A DNA stretch of 64,000 nucleotides, from NCBI RefSeq assembly GCF_028368995.1, contig NZ_JAQNDL010000003.1, positions 1,344,001 through 1,408,000 on the forward strand, given 5' to 3'. Shown piece after piece: positions 1 through 9,822 of this stretch. Below the pieces are notes generated by a model. The model was not told the origin of the DNA. It was given only the letters and a program-made list of their open reading frames with translations, and did not search any database. Numbering within the stretch: position 1 is the stretch's first letter; each line of letters begins with the position of its first letter. The DNA comes from Nannocystis bainbridge (lineage in GTDB: Bacteria > Myxococcota_A > Polyangia > Nannocystales > Nannocystaceae). The position numbers were made by a program, and so were the translations under genes.

Positions 1-2672
1 GCGTCGAAGATGGCGAGCGCCTCCTCGAGGAACGGAATGGCCAGAGCGGGAGATCCGCTCGCCAGGTGCACGCGCCCGATCCCCAGCGCCGGGAAGGCCC
101 GCAAGACCTTCTCCTCGTCCGGCACCTCCGAATAGAGCACCGTCAACCGCGCGAAGTACGGCAGCGCTTCGTGGCAGCGGTTCAGATCGCACAGGCACTC
201 GCCGATGTTTGTCAGCACCCCCGGGACATCGAATTCCACCGTCGTCTGCTCCTCGTCGTGGATCCGCAGCAGTTCGCGGCTCGTCTCGAGCAAACGCGCG
301 ACGTCGCCACTCGCGAGGTAGATGTCCGAGAGCACCAGCAGCGCCGCCACGCGATCGGGATGGCCGCGCGGCAGCTCCCTCGTGTACACCGCGAACGCCC
401 AGCGGGCCCGCCGTTCCGCCCGCTCCAGTGATTCGGACGCCCGGTCGGTCTCGGCCAGCATGAGCTCCGCGGTCGCGACCCGCACGCTGTCGCGCCCGTA
501 CGTGGCGGAGAGGACCGCGCGGGCGTGCTCGAGCGGCGCTACCGCCTCCGAATAGCGCTGATCTTCGACAGCATCGATCCCGAGGTCGAGCTCGCAACGC
601 GCGACCCACGGGTGCTCGGCGCCGTAGCGGGACCGGAGCTCCTCGCACAGCGCCTGGCGCAGGGCGAGACGCTCCTTCGGCGAATCTGCGCGGCCGAGGC
701 TGCTGGCGAGCCCCTCGCGGGCGACGACGAGGTGCGGATGGTCGGCCGGGTGCAGGGCCTCCAGCGCGCGAATCACCATTCTGCGGAGTACCACGGCTTC
801 GTGCGCGCGCCCCGGCTGCAGGTCCAGCAATTGCGCCTGCACGGCCTGCAACGTCGCGCCCACGGCCGGATCTGCCGCATCCACCACGGTGCTGTATGCG
901 TGCTCCAGCCACATCTCGCCGCCGCTCGAGTCCCCCAGCTCGAAGCCATCCACCAGCGCGAGCTCGCTCCAGATCTGCCACAGAAGATCCGAACGACCGG
1001 CCCTTGCGGCGCGATCATAGGCGGTATGCAATGCCCGCCGGGCCAGATACGGCTCGCGCAACACGCGGTTCCGTAGCCGCCCCATCGCCAGCCACGATTC
1101 GGCCTCTGCCCCCGGATCGCCGATGCGCCTGCTCGCCTGTAACGCGAGCTCGCTCACCGCCACCGCGTCCCGGCCTTGTTTCGTCGCCTCGAGCACGCTC
1201 GCACGCGAGGCGAGCGCAGCCACCTCCGCGGCTCGCGGCGCAGGGGCGGTCGCCAGGGACAGGCGACAACGTTGCGGATCTGGCAAACCGGCGACCAGCC
1301 CCTCGGCCTCCGCTGCGATCCCGGCATCGGGCGCTGACAGCTGCTCGACGAGGTTCCCCAGAGCGTCTCGCGCTCGCTCGAGGCACTGGACCCTCCGCTC
1401 GAGCCGTGGTCGCGCCTGCTCGCTCGGTGTCACCGACGATTCACAGGCGTCTGCACGCGCTCGCGTCCACGCGCCCGCGTAGTCGTCCAGGGCCTTGACG
1501 ACCCGCTCGCGGGCCATCGCTGCGAACGGAGCGTCGAGTGCGATGAACGCCGCCTCGAGCGCATCCCGGCGTGCTGGATCCCAGACCCCCACGAGCGCCG
1601 TCTCCGGCGCCGGGCAGCCGACGACCTCGGGCGGGCCCAGCCTGAGTTGATTGCCGGCGACGGCCGCCGCGATCATCGCCGGCCCCGCGACCGCGAACAT
1701 CCGCGTCCGCTTGCGCCGGCCGAGCGCGGCCTCGATCTCGGCGATCAGCCGCGCCATCGCCGGATAACGATCGGCAGGGCTGTACGCGAGCCCTGTTGTC
1801 AATAGTCGCCGCAACCAGCGCGGCATCTTCGCCGCATGCGGCAGCGCCCGCGCGCCGCCCCCCGCGCGCCCACGCTCGAGCATCTCCTCCACCGTGAATG
1901 GACGCTCGCCGTGGACCGCCTCGTACAGGGCGACGCAAAACGAGAATTGATCGCTGCGAGCGTCGCACGCCGCACCGCTCAATTGCTCCGGAGACATGTA
2001 CGCGGGCGTCCCGGCCAGCGAGCCCGTGGTCACCGCGGCGGGTGCGGCCCAGTCGACGCTTCCGCTGGCCGGCGCGCTCGCGGGCGCTTGCAGCCGTTCG
2101 CCGCGCGCGAGGCCGAAATCGACGATTCGGACCCGGCCGTCCTCGCCCACCAGGGCGTTCGCCGGCTTGAAGTCGCGGTGCACGATCCCGGCGCGATGCG
2201 CCGCCTCGAGCCCGTGCGCGGCCTCGACGAAGCGCCGGAGGATGTCCTCAAGCGACCTGGATCCGCCGACGAGCCAGTGAGCCAGCGTCGTGCCAGGCAC
2301 CAGCTCCATGACGATGAAGACGCCCTCCTCGTGTTCTCCGACCTCGTAGACCTGGACTACGTTCGGATGCGACAGCCTCGCCAGCGCTCGCGCCTCGCGG
2401 AGCAGCCGGCCCCGCTCGCCGGGTGCATGGGCGACCACCTCCGGGCGGATCACCTTCAATGCGACCCTGCGATCCAACTGCTCGTCTTCCGCCGCGTACA
2501 CCACCCCCATCCCGCCCTGCCCGAGCGTCTCGCAGACGCGAAAGCGGCCGATCGTGACGGTCTCCGAGGTCTCGCCGAACAGGCGCCACGCGATCCTGCG
2601 GCTCATCGCCTCGCCCTCGAGGTCCCGCGTCGGCGGACTGAATCCCCGCGAGCTGGTCGGCTCACTGTCCAT
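1..2672 (-). CDS. Ser/Thr protein kinase with TM segment and C-terminal TPR-like repeats (3' end runs off the window)
   Basis: Read manually on the minus strand from ATG 2672: MDSEPTSS...GRFRVCETLGQGGMGVVYAAEDEQLDRRVALKVI...HRDFKPAN...DFGLA...GTPAYMSPEQ. The same frame continues to position 1, so the stop lies outside the window and the ORF is absent from the track. Confidence 0.9.
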   Translation of the reverse strand, partial: MDSEPTSSRGFSPPTRDLEGEAMSRRIAWRLFGETSETVTIGRFRVCETLGQGGMGVVYAAEDEQLDRRVALKVIRPEVVAHAPGERGRLLREARALARLSHPNVVQVYEVGEHEEGVFIVMELVPGTTLAHWLVGGSRSLEDILRRFVEAAHGLEAAHRAGIVHRDFKPANALVGEDGRVRIVDFGLARGERLQAPASAPASGSVDWAAPAAVTTGSLAGTPAYMSPEQLSGAACDARSDQFSFCVALYEAVHGERPFTVEEMLERGRAGGGARALPHAAKMPRWLRRLLTTGLAYSPADRYPAMARLIAEIEAALGRRKRTRMFAVAGPAMIAAAVAGNQLRLGPPEVVGCPAPETALVGVWDPARRDALEAAFIALDAPFAAMARERVVKALDDYAGAWTRARADACESSVTPSEQARPRLERRVQCLERARDALGNLVEQLSAPDAGIAAEAEGLVAGLPDPQRCRLSLATAPAPRAAEVAALASRASVLEATKQGRDAVAVSELALQASRRIGDPGAEAESWLAMGRLRNRVLREPYLARRALHTAYDRAARAGRSDLLWQIWSELALVDGFELGDSSGGEMWLEHAYSTVVDAADPAVGATLQAVQAQLLDLQPGRAHEAVVLRRMVIRALEALHPADHPHLVVAREGLASSLGRADSPKERLALRQALCEELRSRYGAEHPWVARCELDLGIDAVEDQRYSEAVAPLEHARAVLSATYGRDSVRVATAELMLAETDRASESLERAERRARWAFAVYTRELPRGHPDRVAALLVLSDIYLASGDVARLLETSRELLRIHDEEQTTVEFDVPGVLTNIGECLCDLNRCHEALPYFARLTVLYSEVPDEEKVLRAFPALGIGRVHLASGSPALAIPFLEEALAIFD

Positions 2673-2733
2673 CACAGGTCCATCGCCAGTATACGCCGTC
2701 TCGCGGCGCGTCCGCCTGTGATAAAGTGAGGTC

Positions 2734-3351
2734 ATGACGAGCGACGTCGAGCTACTCCAGGCGTGGCGTTCGGGGGACCGTCGCGCGGGCAATGACCTCT
2801 TCAAGCGCCATTTCGACAGCATCCGCCGCTTCTTCCGCAATAAGGTCGACTTCGGGGTCGAAGACCTGGTTCAGCGGACCTTCGTCGCTTGCGTCGAGGG
2901 CCAGGAACGGTTCCGCGAGGACTCTTCATTTCGCACCTATCTGTTCGGGATCGCCCATAACATCCTGCGGGAGTTCTTTCGGGCCAAGCTGCGGGCCCCG
3001 GCTCCCCTCGACCTCGAGCAAGCGTCTGCCATCGACCTCGGCGCCGGCCCGTTCTCCCTGCTGGCGCGGCGCGCCGAAGAAAAGCTGCTGCTCCACGCCC
3101 TGCGTCGCCTCCCGCTGGCGTCCCAGATGATCCTCGAATTGTATTATTGGGAGCAGATCACCGGCGGGGAGCTGGGGGTGCTGTTGAACGTCCCTGAAGA
3201 CACCGCGCGCAGCCGCCTGCGCAAGGCCAAGCGGCAGCTCGAGTTGCTCCTCCACCAGCTCGAGACCGACCGCGAGAGCCTGCATAGCACGATCTCGGAC
3301 CTGGAGCGGTGGGCAGCCGGTCTGCGTGACCAGCTGGCGCTCGCGCGCTGA
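2734..3351 (+). CDS. ECF-type sigma-70 factor
   Basis: ELLQAWRSGDRRAGNDLF...VEDLVQRTF (region 2), SSFRTYLFGIAHN and VPEDTARSRLRKAK (region 4 HTH); divergent from the kinase. Confidence 0.92.
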   Translation: MTSDVELLQAWRSGDRRAGNDLFKRHFDSIRRFFRNKVDFGVEDLVQRTFVACVEGQERFREDSSFRTYLFGIAHNILREFFRAKLRAPAPLDLEQASAIDLGAGPFSLLARRAEEKLLLHALRRLPLASQMILELYYWEQITGGELGVLLNVPEDTARSRLRKAKRQLELLLHQLETDRESLHSTISDLERWAAGLRDQLALAR

Positions 3352-3355
3352 AGCA

Positions 3356-4267
3356 TCAAATGTTCCGACTTTTCATGAACGCACGGATCGCCGGAGCCGG
3401 AGCCGCCAGGTTGTACTGACAGCGCGGGCCGTCCCCGCTGCATATCCCCCCATAATGGAGACCGACGACCTCGCCGGTGCCGGCATCGACCATCAGCGAG
3501 CCCGAGCTCCCGCCCAGCGTCGAGCAGTCGTGCCACAGCTCGTTGTCCGCGACCTTGAGCAGCCTGCCCGGCGCGACCCGCTTGATGTCGAAGGTCTCGC
3601 CGAAGATCCTGGTGATGAGGTCCTTCGGGTAGAACGCCGTCTTCTCGGCGGGATAGCCGATGAGGCACACCGTCTGGTCCTCCCGCACCGCGCTGGCGAA
3701 CCTCACCAGCCCCGTGGGCGGCACCGCGGGGCCCTGCGCCACGTCGATCTTCAGGAACGCGACGTGAAGCGCGTCGGAGATGTCGAGGAGCTGCGTCACC
3801 TTGAACTCGCGCGACTGCGTCGAACCCTTCTCGGCCAAGAAATCGACGTATAGCTCGGTCCTGCCCCGCGCCTGCAGCTCGCCGAAATAGTGCCCCATGT
3901 GGCCCGCCGTGGCGATCACGTCAGGACGTACCAGCCACGCCGTCCCCAGGTTCTCGTAGGCCGGGTTGCCGGCGAGCTCGAACCGCCCGACGCAGGCGAT
4001 CGCCGGCCCGATGCACGATCGCGCGGTCGTCAGCACGGGCGGCCACTTGCCGGACAGCGGCAGGGCGAACGAACCGCCGACGATCGGGATGCTCGGGTTG
4101 TCCCCGTCGATGGGATGGATGTTGCGATAAATCAAATGCTTCAGCAGCGCGGGGCCGAGCACGTCCCCGAAATTCTCGGGCGCGAGTTCGGGCAGCAAAC
4201 CGCCCCGATAATCCTGCATCAGCTTCTCCAGCGAGAACCTCGCCCCCGTGAATCGCTCCTCCGCCAT
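3356..4267 (-). CDS. Trypsin-like (V8/S1-type) serine protease without signal peptide
   Basis: GTAWLV...IATAGH (catalytic His), CLIGYP and HDCSTLGGSSGS (catalytic Ser), VVGLHYGG; RBS GGAGGTG upstream. Confidence 0.88.
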   Translation of the reverse strand: MAEERFTGARFSLEKLMQDYRGGLLPELAPENFGDVLGPALLKHLIYRNIHPIDGDNPSIPIVGGSFALPLSGKWPPVLTTARSCIGPAIACVGRFELAGNPAYENLGTAWLVRPDVIATAGHMGHYFGELQARGRTELYVDFLAEKGSTQSREFKVTQLLDISDALHVAFLKIDVAQGPAVPPTGLVRFASAVREDQTVCLIGYPAEKTAFYPKDLITRIFGETFDIKRVAPGRLLKVADNELWHDCSTLGGSSGSLMVDAGTGEVVGLHYGGICSGDGPRCQYNLAAPAPAIRAFMKSRNI

Positions 4268-4279
4268 GTTTCACCTCCG

Positions 4280-4315
4280 GCCGGATAGTGACGGCCGTTC
4301 GCCGAACCGTCACGC
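4280..4315 (-). promoter_or_regulatory. Copy 1 of GCGTGACGGT-N12-YGTCACT motif, pointing at the protease gene
   Basis: Minus strand GCGTGACGGTTCGG-N8-CGTCACTATCCGGC; both 14-bp blocks are identical to copy 2. Confidence 0.6.
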
Positions 4316-4358
4316 GCCCTCGGCGACAAATTTCGCGCGCGCCGGGTCGCTTCCGCCG

Positions 4359-4394
4359 GCGTGACGGTTCGGTGTTCCGGCGTCACTATCCGGC
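4359..4394 (+). promoter_or_regulatory. Copy 2 of GCGTGACGGT-N12-YGTCACT motif, upstream of the 4463 gene
   Basis: GCGTGACGGTTCGG-tgttccgg-CGTCACTATCCGGC. Confidence 0.6.
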
Positions 4395-4462
4395 GGTCCC
4401 GTGGCGCGCTGCCTGCGGGGCGATTTTTGAACGCTGCGAATCGTGAACGAAAGGACGGCATC

Positions 4463-4867
4463 ATGGCGACGACTTGGTTATTGAAGGATGCGACCGGAGC
4501 CAACCTCACCCATCAGCCCCCGAGCGGCTCTCCGCTCGAGCTCAATTTCACCCCGAGGGGTGAAGCCCATCTCGCGGGCTGGCCCGCCGAGTTGATCTAC
4601 CTCTGCGAGGCCACCGAGCCCACCGGGGCGACGGTCGTCATCCATCTCAGCCCCGACGAGTCCGGCTACTGGCTCTCGCAGGTGATGACGCGCCCCCGGG
4701 AAGACCCGTCGCACCCCGGCGACTACACCTGGACGACTGAAGGCGACGGGACGACGACGATCACGTTCGATGTCCCGGCCCTCACCAGCACGGAGATCTA
4801 CCGCTGGACGCTCGGCGAGGACGAACCACCGATCGCGCTCAAGATGAAGGTCCGCGTGCATCGGTAG
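4463..4867 (+). CDS. Hypothetical protein (small, beta-rich)
   Basis: ATG 4463 after an AAGGA RBS; MATTWLLKDATG...KMKVRVHR; normal composition and GC3 bias. Confidence 0.75.
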   Translation: MATTWLLKDATGANLTHQPPSGSPLELNFTPRGEAHLAGWPAELIYLCEATEPTGATVVIHLSPDESGYWLSQVMTRPREDPSHPGDYTWTTEGDGTTTITFDVPALTSTEIYRWTLGEDEPPIALKMKVRVHR

Positions 4868-4893
4868 CGCCCGGCGAAAGAATCGACGCCCCG

Positions 4894-4922
4894 GCGTGAC
4901 GGTCTTCGACCCGCCTGTCACT
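4894..4922 (+). promoter_or_regulatory. Copy 3 of GCGTGACGGT-N12-YGTCACT motif, upstream of the 4990 gene
   Basis: GCGTGACGGT-cttcgacccgcc-TGTCACT, with the same 22-bp offset between blocks as copies 1 and 2. Confidence 0.55.
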
Positions 4923-4989
4923 CATGCATCGAAGCGGCCGACCGGCTCCGTCCTTTCGACGGAGCGGTCGGCCCGCCCCCAGGATTGTC

Positions 4990-5697
4990 ATGGCCCACAA
5001 CACGCTCCAGATCTATCTCAACGAGATCATGTTCGACCGCGCCACCCTCGAGGTGATGCACGGATACGTCGCCACCTTCGCCAGCGCGAGCGTCGATTCG
5101 CGCGACGGCAGGGCCGGCGACGACGACGAGTGCAGCTGCCAGATGTACATCAGCCCGATGGCCTTCCGCGTCCAGCGCGAGAACGTCGCCGGCCGCGCCG
5201 ACCGGATCCACCAATACGACGGCGACGGCCTGCTGCTGGCCTCTTTCCCCAGCAAGGACCTCGACTCCATCTCGCTCACTTCTTTCTTCATCCGCGACCA
5301 CAGCCGGTCCCGTGACACCGCGACGATGCTGGAGAACCTCTTCGAGGGCGAGGGGCAGGGTCAGGCGCTCGTCGACGCGCTGCTCCCGCTCGTGAAGATG
5401 CTGCCCAGCGGAGGCCTCGCCGCGTCCGCCGTGATCGGCCTGCTGCCCGACGTCGCCCGGCTCATCGCCCGCGTGCTCAAGAATCGCAGGGACGCGATCA
5501 AGATCTACGCCGACGGCTCGCTCAACTTCCGCGACCCCGCCAGGCAGGTCGACAGCGACCAGGCGTGGGGCAAGAGCAGGGGCGACAAGGGCTACTTCAA
5601 CACCACGTGGGACTTCTGCACCACGCGCGACCCATACGCGCCGGTGCACCGCCTCACCCTCCCGAAATCGTTGAAGGAGCGGCTCGGGCTCAGCTGA
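4990..5697 (+). CDS. Hypothetical protein with a central amphipathic/hydrophobic hairpin
   Basis: AGGA RBS then MAHNTLQIYLNEIMFDR...; hydrophobic stretch LVDALLPLVKMLPSGGLAASAVIGLLPDVARLIARVL. Confidence 0.78.
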   Translation: MAHNTLQIYLNEIMFDRATLEVMHGYVATFASASVDSRDGRAGDDDECSCQMYISPMAFRVQRENVAGRADRIHQYDGDGLLLASFPSKDLDSISLTSFFIRDHSRSRDTATMLENLFEGEGQGQALVDALLPLVKMLPSGGLAASAVIGLLPDVARLIARVLKNRRDAIKIYADGSLNFRDPARQVDSDQAWGKSRGDKGYFNTTWDFCTTRDPYAPVHRLTLPKSLKERLGLS

Positions 5698-5722
5698 CCT
5701 CCCCTCGGACCCCCGGCACGTC

Positions 5723-7084
5723 ATGAAGATTCCTCCTCGCGTCATCGAACTGCTCCGGGCCGGCACGCCGCCCGTCTTCATCCTCGTGCTCGTGCTGGGG
5801 GCACTATGGTTCGTCAACAGTCGCTTCTCGGACTGCCAGGCGTTCGAGTGCATCATCCCTGTCCAGCGGGCCGAGCCGGAGGTGGAGCTCTACGCCACGC
5901 ACACCGTCTTCGATCGCCATGGCATCCACGAGTACCAGGTCTCGGGGACGTTCCTCCAGGCTTCGTCGCAAGTGCTGTCCGGGCTCGAAGAGGAGTTCGT
6001 GGTGGTCTTGCTGGTCTACGACCGCAGCGGCGCCATGCTGCACATCGACCACGAGACGCTCGTCAGCGGTCGCTTCACGTTCCACTTCCCGCTGCGGACC
6101 ACCGTGGCGCCCGAGGTCATCAACGTCAGCGTGCGGCGACGAACGCTCTGCCGTCCCGCGCCCGCCACACACGAGGTCGAGGGCCGCGCCGAGAAGCCGA
6201 CATCCGCCGCGGCCGTGAACGACGGGCCCACCCGGCCACCCGACGAGAAATGCAAAGAGAAGTCCCAGCATCTCGCCAGCGCCACCATCGAGCTGCCCGC
6301 CGATACCTCCAAGAAGCCCACCTCGCGGCTCAGCCTCGAGAAGGACGGCAACTCGCTCCGCCTGCTGTTCGCCATCTTCGCCGCCGGGCTGATGAGCATC
6401 GGCACCGTCCGTCTGCTCGACAGCCGTCTCCCCTGGCAACAGACCGTGCTGACGATGGTGATCTTCGGCCGCATCACCCTCGCCTGCTTCGCCGCGACGA
6501 TGGCGGTCGTGATCCTCCGCGGCTACCACACCCTCACCTCCGGCGATCTCAAGTCCGAGCTGGTGTCGATCGGGCTCGGGTACATCCAGAAGGGTCGCTT
6601 CAGCGAGCTCGCCAGCGAGGACTGGCTGTTCATGTTCGACATCCCGGCTCCCGCCAAGGACGGCACGATCGCGGCGCTCGGTGCTCCCGTATGGGTCATC
6701 ATGTTCGCCACGCTCGGCGCCGGCATCATGGTCACCCGGTTCCTCCTCGACGAGATTACGGAGGCCAAGATCGACAACGAGACCAACCGACTCCGCGACC
6801 ATTTCCTCGCCGTCGCGTTCGCGCCGCTCGGGGCGATCTTCGTCTATCAGGTGGCCAGCAAGCTCGACATCGCCAATCGCGAGCTCATCGCCAGCTCGGC
6901 GCTCGCGTCCGGTCTGGCCATGGGGCACATCCTCGATCGCTCCATCACCTTCGTCACCGAGCACTTCCCGGCCGGCCAGGGAGACTCGAACGCGAAACAG
7001 GGGACGGCCCTCGCCACCGTCCCCCCGGCGGTCACGCCCCCGCAGCCGCCCACGCCCACGCTCGGCGATCCCGACGGATCGTGA
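5723..7084 (+). CDS. Hypothetical multi-pass membrane protein
   Basis: 453-aa ORF with an N-terminal TM, a soluble domain and about 5 C-terminal hydrophobic helices. Confidence 0.78.
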   Translation: MKIPPRVIELLRAGTPPVFILVLVLGALWFVNSRFSDCQAFECIIPVQRAEPEVELYATHTVFDRHGIHEYQVSGTFLQASSQVLSGLEEEFVVVLLVYDRSGAMLHIDHETLVSGRFTFHFPLRTTVAPEVINVSVRRRTLCRPAPATHEVEGRAEKPTSAAAVNDGPTRPPDEKCKEKSQHLASATIELPADTSKKPTSRLSLEKDGNSLRLLFAIFAAGLMSIGTVRLLDSRLPWQQTVLTMVIFGRITLACFAATMAVVILRGYHTLTSGDLKSELVSIGLGYIQKGRFSELASEDWLFMFDIPAPAKDGTIAALGAPVWVIMFATLGAGIMVTRFLLDEITEAKIDNETNRLRDHFLAVAFAPLGAIFVYQVASKLDIANRELIASSALASGLAMGHILDRSITFVTEHFPAGQGDSNAKQGTALATVPPAVTPPQPPTPTLGDPDGS

Positions 7085-7153
7085 GGAGGGCGAGGGCTGC
7101 AGGCCAGGTCTCCTGGCGCGTGGAGTTCGGGGCGACTCGGCGCTGACCCGCGC

Positions 7154-8047
7154 TCAGCAGAACTGGCACTCGCATTCGATCCCGACCGGCTGGTCGTTGC
7201 ATTTCGTGTGCGGCGGCGAAGCCTCGCAGATCTCCTGGCCGCACTCGCAGTCGATCTCCGCCGCATCGCCGCAGGCCGCGGGCTTCGGCTCGCACACGTG
7301 ATAGGCGCCCTTCTGGCCCTTGAGTACACACACCAGCGGATCGCTGTCGAGCTCGCACGCCGCGCAGTCGGGCGCCCAGTCGCAGGCCTCGACGGGCGTG
7401 CACTGGCCCGACCAGCAATCGTCCTTGACGCTCGGCAGCGTCCCGGCGGCGCAGATCGGCGGTGGCGTGTTGCACGTCACCCCGAACGGGTTGCACGTCA
7501 CCTTGGGGAACGTGCAGCGGCCGAACCGGCACTCCGGCTGGTCCGGCCCGAGGTCGAGCGTCGAGCACACGTCGACGAAGCACTCGGGCACGTCGCAGGT
7601 GGGCGGCGCCTCGCCGACCGCGATCACGTCGCAGGTGCAGCAGTCGGTGTGGAGCTGGCAGTCGCTGTCCTGCTCGCAGGTCGCGCCCATCGGCTCGCCG
7701 GTGGTGCCCTCCGAAGTCTCGGCGGCCGTCGTCGCGTCCGTCGTCGAGGTCGTGTCTGCCGTCGTCGCCGACACCGCCGTCGTCTCGCCGGTCGCAGTCT
7801 CGGACGCCGAGGTCGTCGAGGTCGTCGAGGTCGAACTCGTCGGACCTGTCGTCGTCGTCACCGCCTCGGTCGTCGCCGTGGTGGTCGTCGTCGTGTCGGT
7901 CGTCGCCTCGGTCGCCGTCGCCGGCCCGGTCGACTCGGTGGTCGCCACCGTCGTCGCCGTGGTCGCCGAAGTCGCGTCGCCGCAGGCCGGGAGCGAGAGC
8001 AGGAAGATCGCCGCGAGGGCGCCGGAGAACCTTGTATGGGAAGCCAT
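7154..8047 (-). CDS. Lipoprotein with Thr-rich linker and Cys-rich C-terminal domain
   Basis: MASHTRFSG...LSLPAC lipobox, long T/S/E linker, many Cys. Confidence 0.85.
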   Translation of the reverse strand: MASHTRFSGALAAIFLLSLPACGDATSATTATTVATTESTGPATATEATTDTTTTTTATTEAVTTTTGPTSSTSTTSTTSASETATGETTAVSATTADTTSTTDATTAAETSEGTTGEPMGATCEQDSDCQLHTDCCTCDVIAVGEAPPTCDVPECFVDVCSTLDLGPDQPECRFGRCTFPKVTCNPFGVTCNTPPPICAAGTLPSVKDDCWSGQCTPVEACDWAPDCAACELDSDPLVCVLKGQKGAYHVCEPKPAACGDAAEIDCECGQEICEASPPHTKCNDQPVGIECECQFC

Positions 8048-8241
8048 GGCCCCTCCTCTACCACAGCCCGCCAGGGCCACCAGGCGGGCGCAGCCAACCG
8101 CCCGCGAGGCGCGCGGCGGCGCCGAGCTGCGGCCGTCTACGGCGCGCCTGCAGGCTTCGGCGCGGCCCGCTGCGCCGGCTCACGCGCGCCGGCGTCGGCG
8201 CGCTTGCCTCGCGCCCGTCACGGTCCGACAATCGCCGCGCC

Positions 8242-8937
8242 ATGGACAAGACCTACCCCAGCGCCGACGCGGCCGTCGCCGACCTGCGTGACGGCATCAC
8301 CCTCATGAGCGGCGGCTTCGGCCTGTGCGGCAACCCCGAGAACTTGATCCAGGCGATCCATCGCAAGGGCATCCGCGACATCGACCTCGTCAGCAACAAC
8401 TGCGGCGTCGACGGCGTCGGCCTCGGCATCCTGCTCGAGGCCGGGCAGGTGCGCAGCATCACCGCCTCGTACGTCGGCGAGAACAAGACCTTCGAGAAGC
8501 TCTACCTGTCGGGCCAGCTCAAGGTCACGCTGGTCCCGCAGGGCACCCTGGCCGAACGGATCCGCGCCGGCGGGGCCGGCATCGGCGGCTTCTACACGCC
8601 GACCGGCTACGGCACCCCGATCGCCGAGGGCAAGGAGGTGCGCGAGATCGACGGCCGCTGGTACGTGCTCGAGGCGCCGCTCAAGGCCGACTTCGCCATC
8701 GTCAAGGCGTGGAAGGGCGACACGCACGGCAACCTCGTGTTCCGCCGCACCGCCAACAACTTCAACCAGGCGATGGCCAGCGCCGCCAAGATCACGATCG
8801 CCGAGGTCGAGGAGCTGGTGCCCGCCGGCGCGCTCGACCCCGACCACGTGCACACCCCCGGCATCTACGTCCAGCGCATCATCCAGGGCGAGCGCTACGC
8901 CAAGCCGATCGAGTTCCGGACCGTCCGGAGCGCCTGA
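8242..8937 (+). CDS. scoA: 3-oxoacid CoA-transferase subunit A
   Basis: MDKTYPSADAAVADLRDG...GGFGLCGNPENLI...PQGTLAERIRAGGAGIGGFYTPTGYGT. Confidence 0.95.
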   Translation: MDKTYPSADAAVADLRDGITLMSGGFGLCGNPENLIQAIHRKGIRDIDLVSNNCGVDGVGLGILLEAGQVRSITASYVGENKTFEKLYLSGQLKVTLVPQGTLAERIRAGGAGIGGFYTPTGYGTPIAEGKEVREIDGRWYVLEAPLKADFAIVKAWKGDTHGNLVFRRTANNFNQAMASAAKITIAEVEELVPAGALDPDHVHTPGIYVQRIIQGERYAKPIEFRTVRSA

Positions 8938-8963
8938 CCGTTTCGCCAGGTCCCAAGAGACAG

Positions 8964-9782
8964 ATGCACGGCGGCCACCAGCGCATCGACGTCGAGTGGC
9001 TCGCGCTCGCCGCGGGCCTCAAGCCGGCGATCCGGATCGCCGCAACCGCGCTCGAGGCGAGCGCGATCGCGGGCCGGTTCCAGGCCATGGGCGCCGCCGT
9101 CGTCACCGCGCGCGGGCCGGTCGGCGTCCACCGCCACGAGCACACCCTCGTCTACGTCGCCCGCGACGCCGAGGCCGCCGCGGCCGTGCGCGCCGCCGAG
9201 CGCCCGCTGCTCGCCACCCACCTGCCGCCGCGCGACAAGGCCTACTACGCCGGCGAGCTCGGGCGCCGGCTCGGTTACCCGCGCTGCTGCGTCGAGGCCT
9301 TCACCGCGCGGGTCCTCCGCGGCCCCGGCAAGCTGCGCGCCGGCGACCGCGACAGCGTCCACGAGGACTACGTCGCCGCCCGCGACGCCCACGTCGCCAG
9401 GCCCGACTGGCGCCTCAACAACCTGCTGCTGCGCCAGCACCTGCGGCTCGTCACCTTCGAGCCGTGCCGCTACGACTGCGCCCTCGCCCTCGCCTTCGCC
9501 GCCGAGGTGCTGCGCCTGTGCCAGGCCAGCGACGCGCCCTCGGCACATGTCCTCGCGGACAGGTTGCAGCGCCCGCTGGTGCTGACCGCCGCCGGCGCGC
9601 GCGCGTGGGCCCGGCTCGAGGGCGGCGGCTCGCCGCGCATCGTCGCCGCCGAGGCCCCACGCGCCGGCGACCCGGGCGCCCGCCCCGACCCCGCCGACGA
9701 GGCGCTCGCGGCTCGCCTGCCGCGCCTCTCCCTCACCGAGCTCGGCGACCCGCCGCCGCTGCTGCTCGACTTCTCAACCTGA
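8964..9782 (+). CDS. DUF483-like Cys-motif protein
   Basis: AGLKPA...[16 protein letters not shown]...FEPCRYDC resembles the DUF483 signature (from recall); lies between scoA and scoB. Confidence 0.65.
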   Translation: MHGGHQRIDVEWLALAAGLKPAIRIAATALEASAIAGRFQAMGAAVVTARGPVGVHRHEHTLVYVARDAEAAAAVRAAERPLLATHLPPRDKAYYAGELGRRLGYPRCCVEAFTARVLRGPGKLRAGDRDSVHEDYVAARDAHVARPDWRLNNLLLRQHLRLVTFEPCRYDCALALAFAAEVLRLCQASDAPSAHVLADRLQRPLVLTAAGARAWARLEGGGSPRIVAAEAPRAGDPGARPDPADEALAARLPRLSLTELGDPPPLLLDFST

Positions 9783-9822
9783 ACGCCCGCACCTGTTACC
9801 CTCCCGACCGGAAGACCACGCC

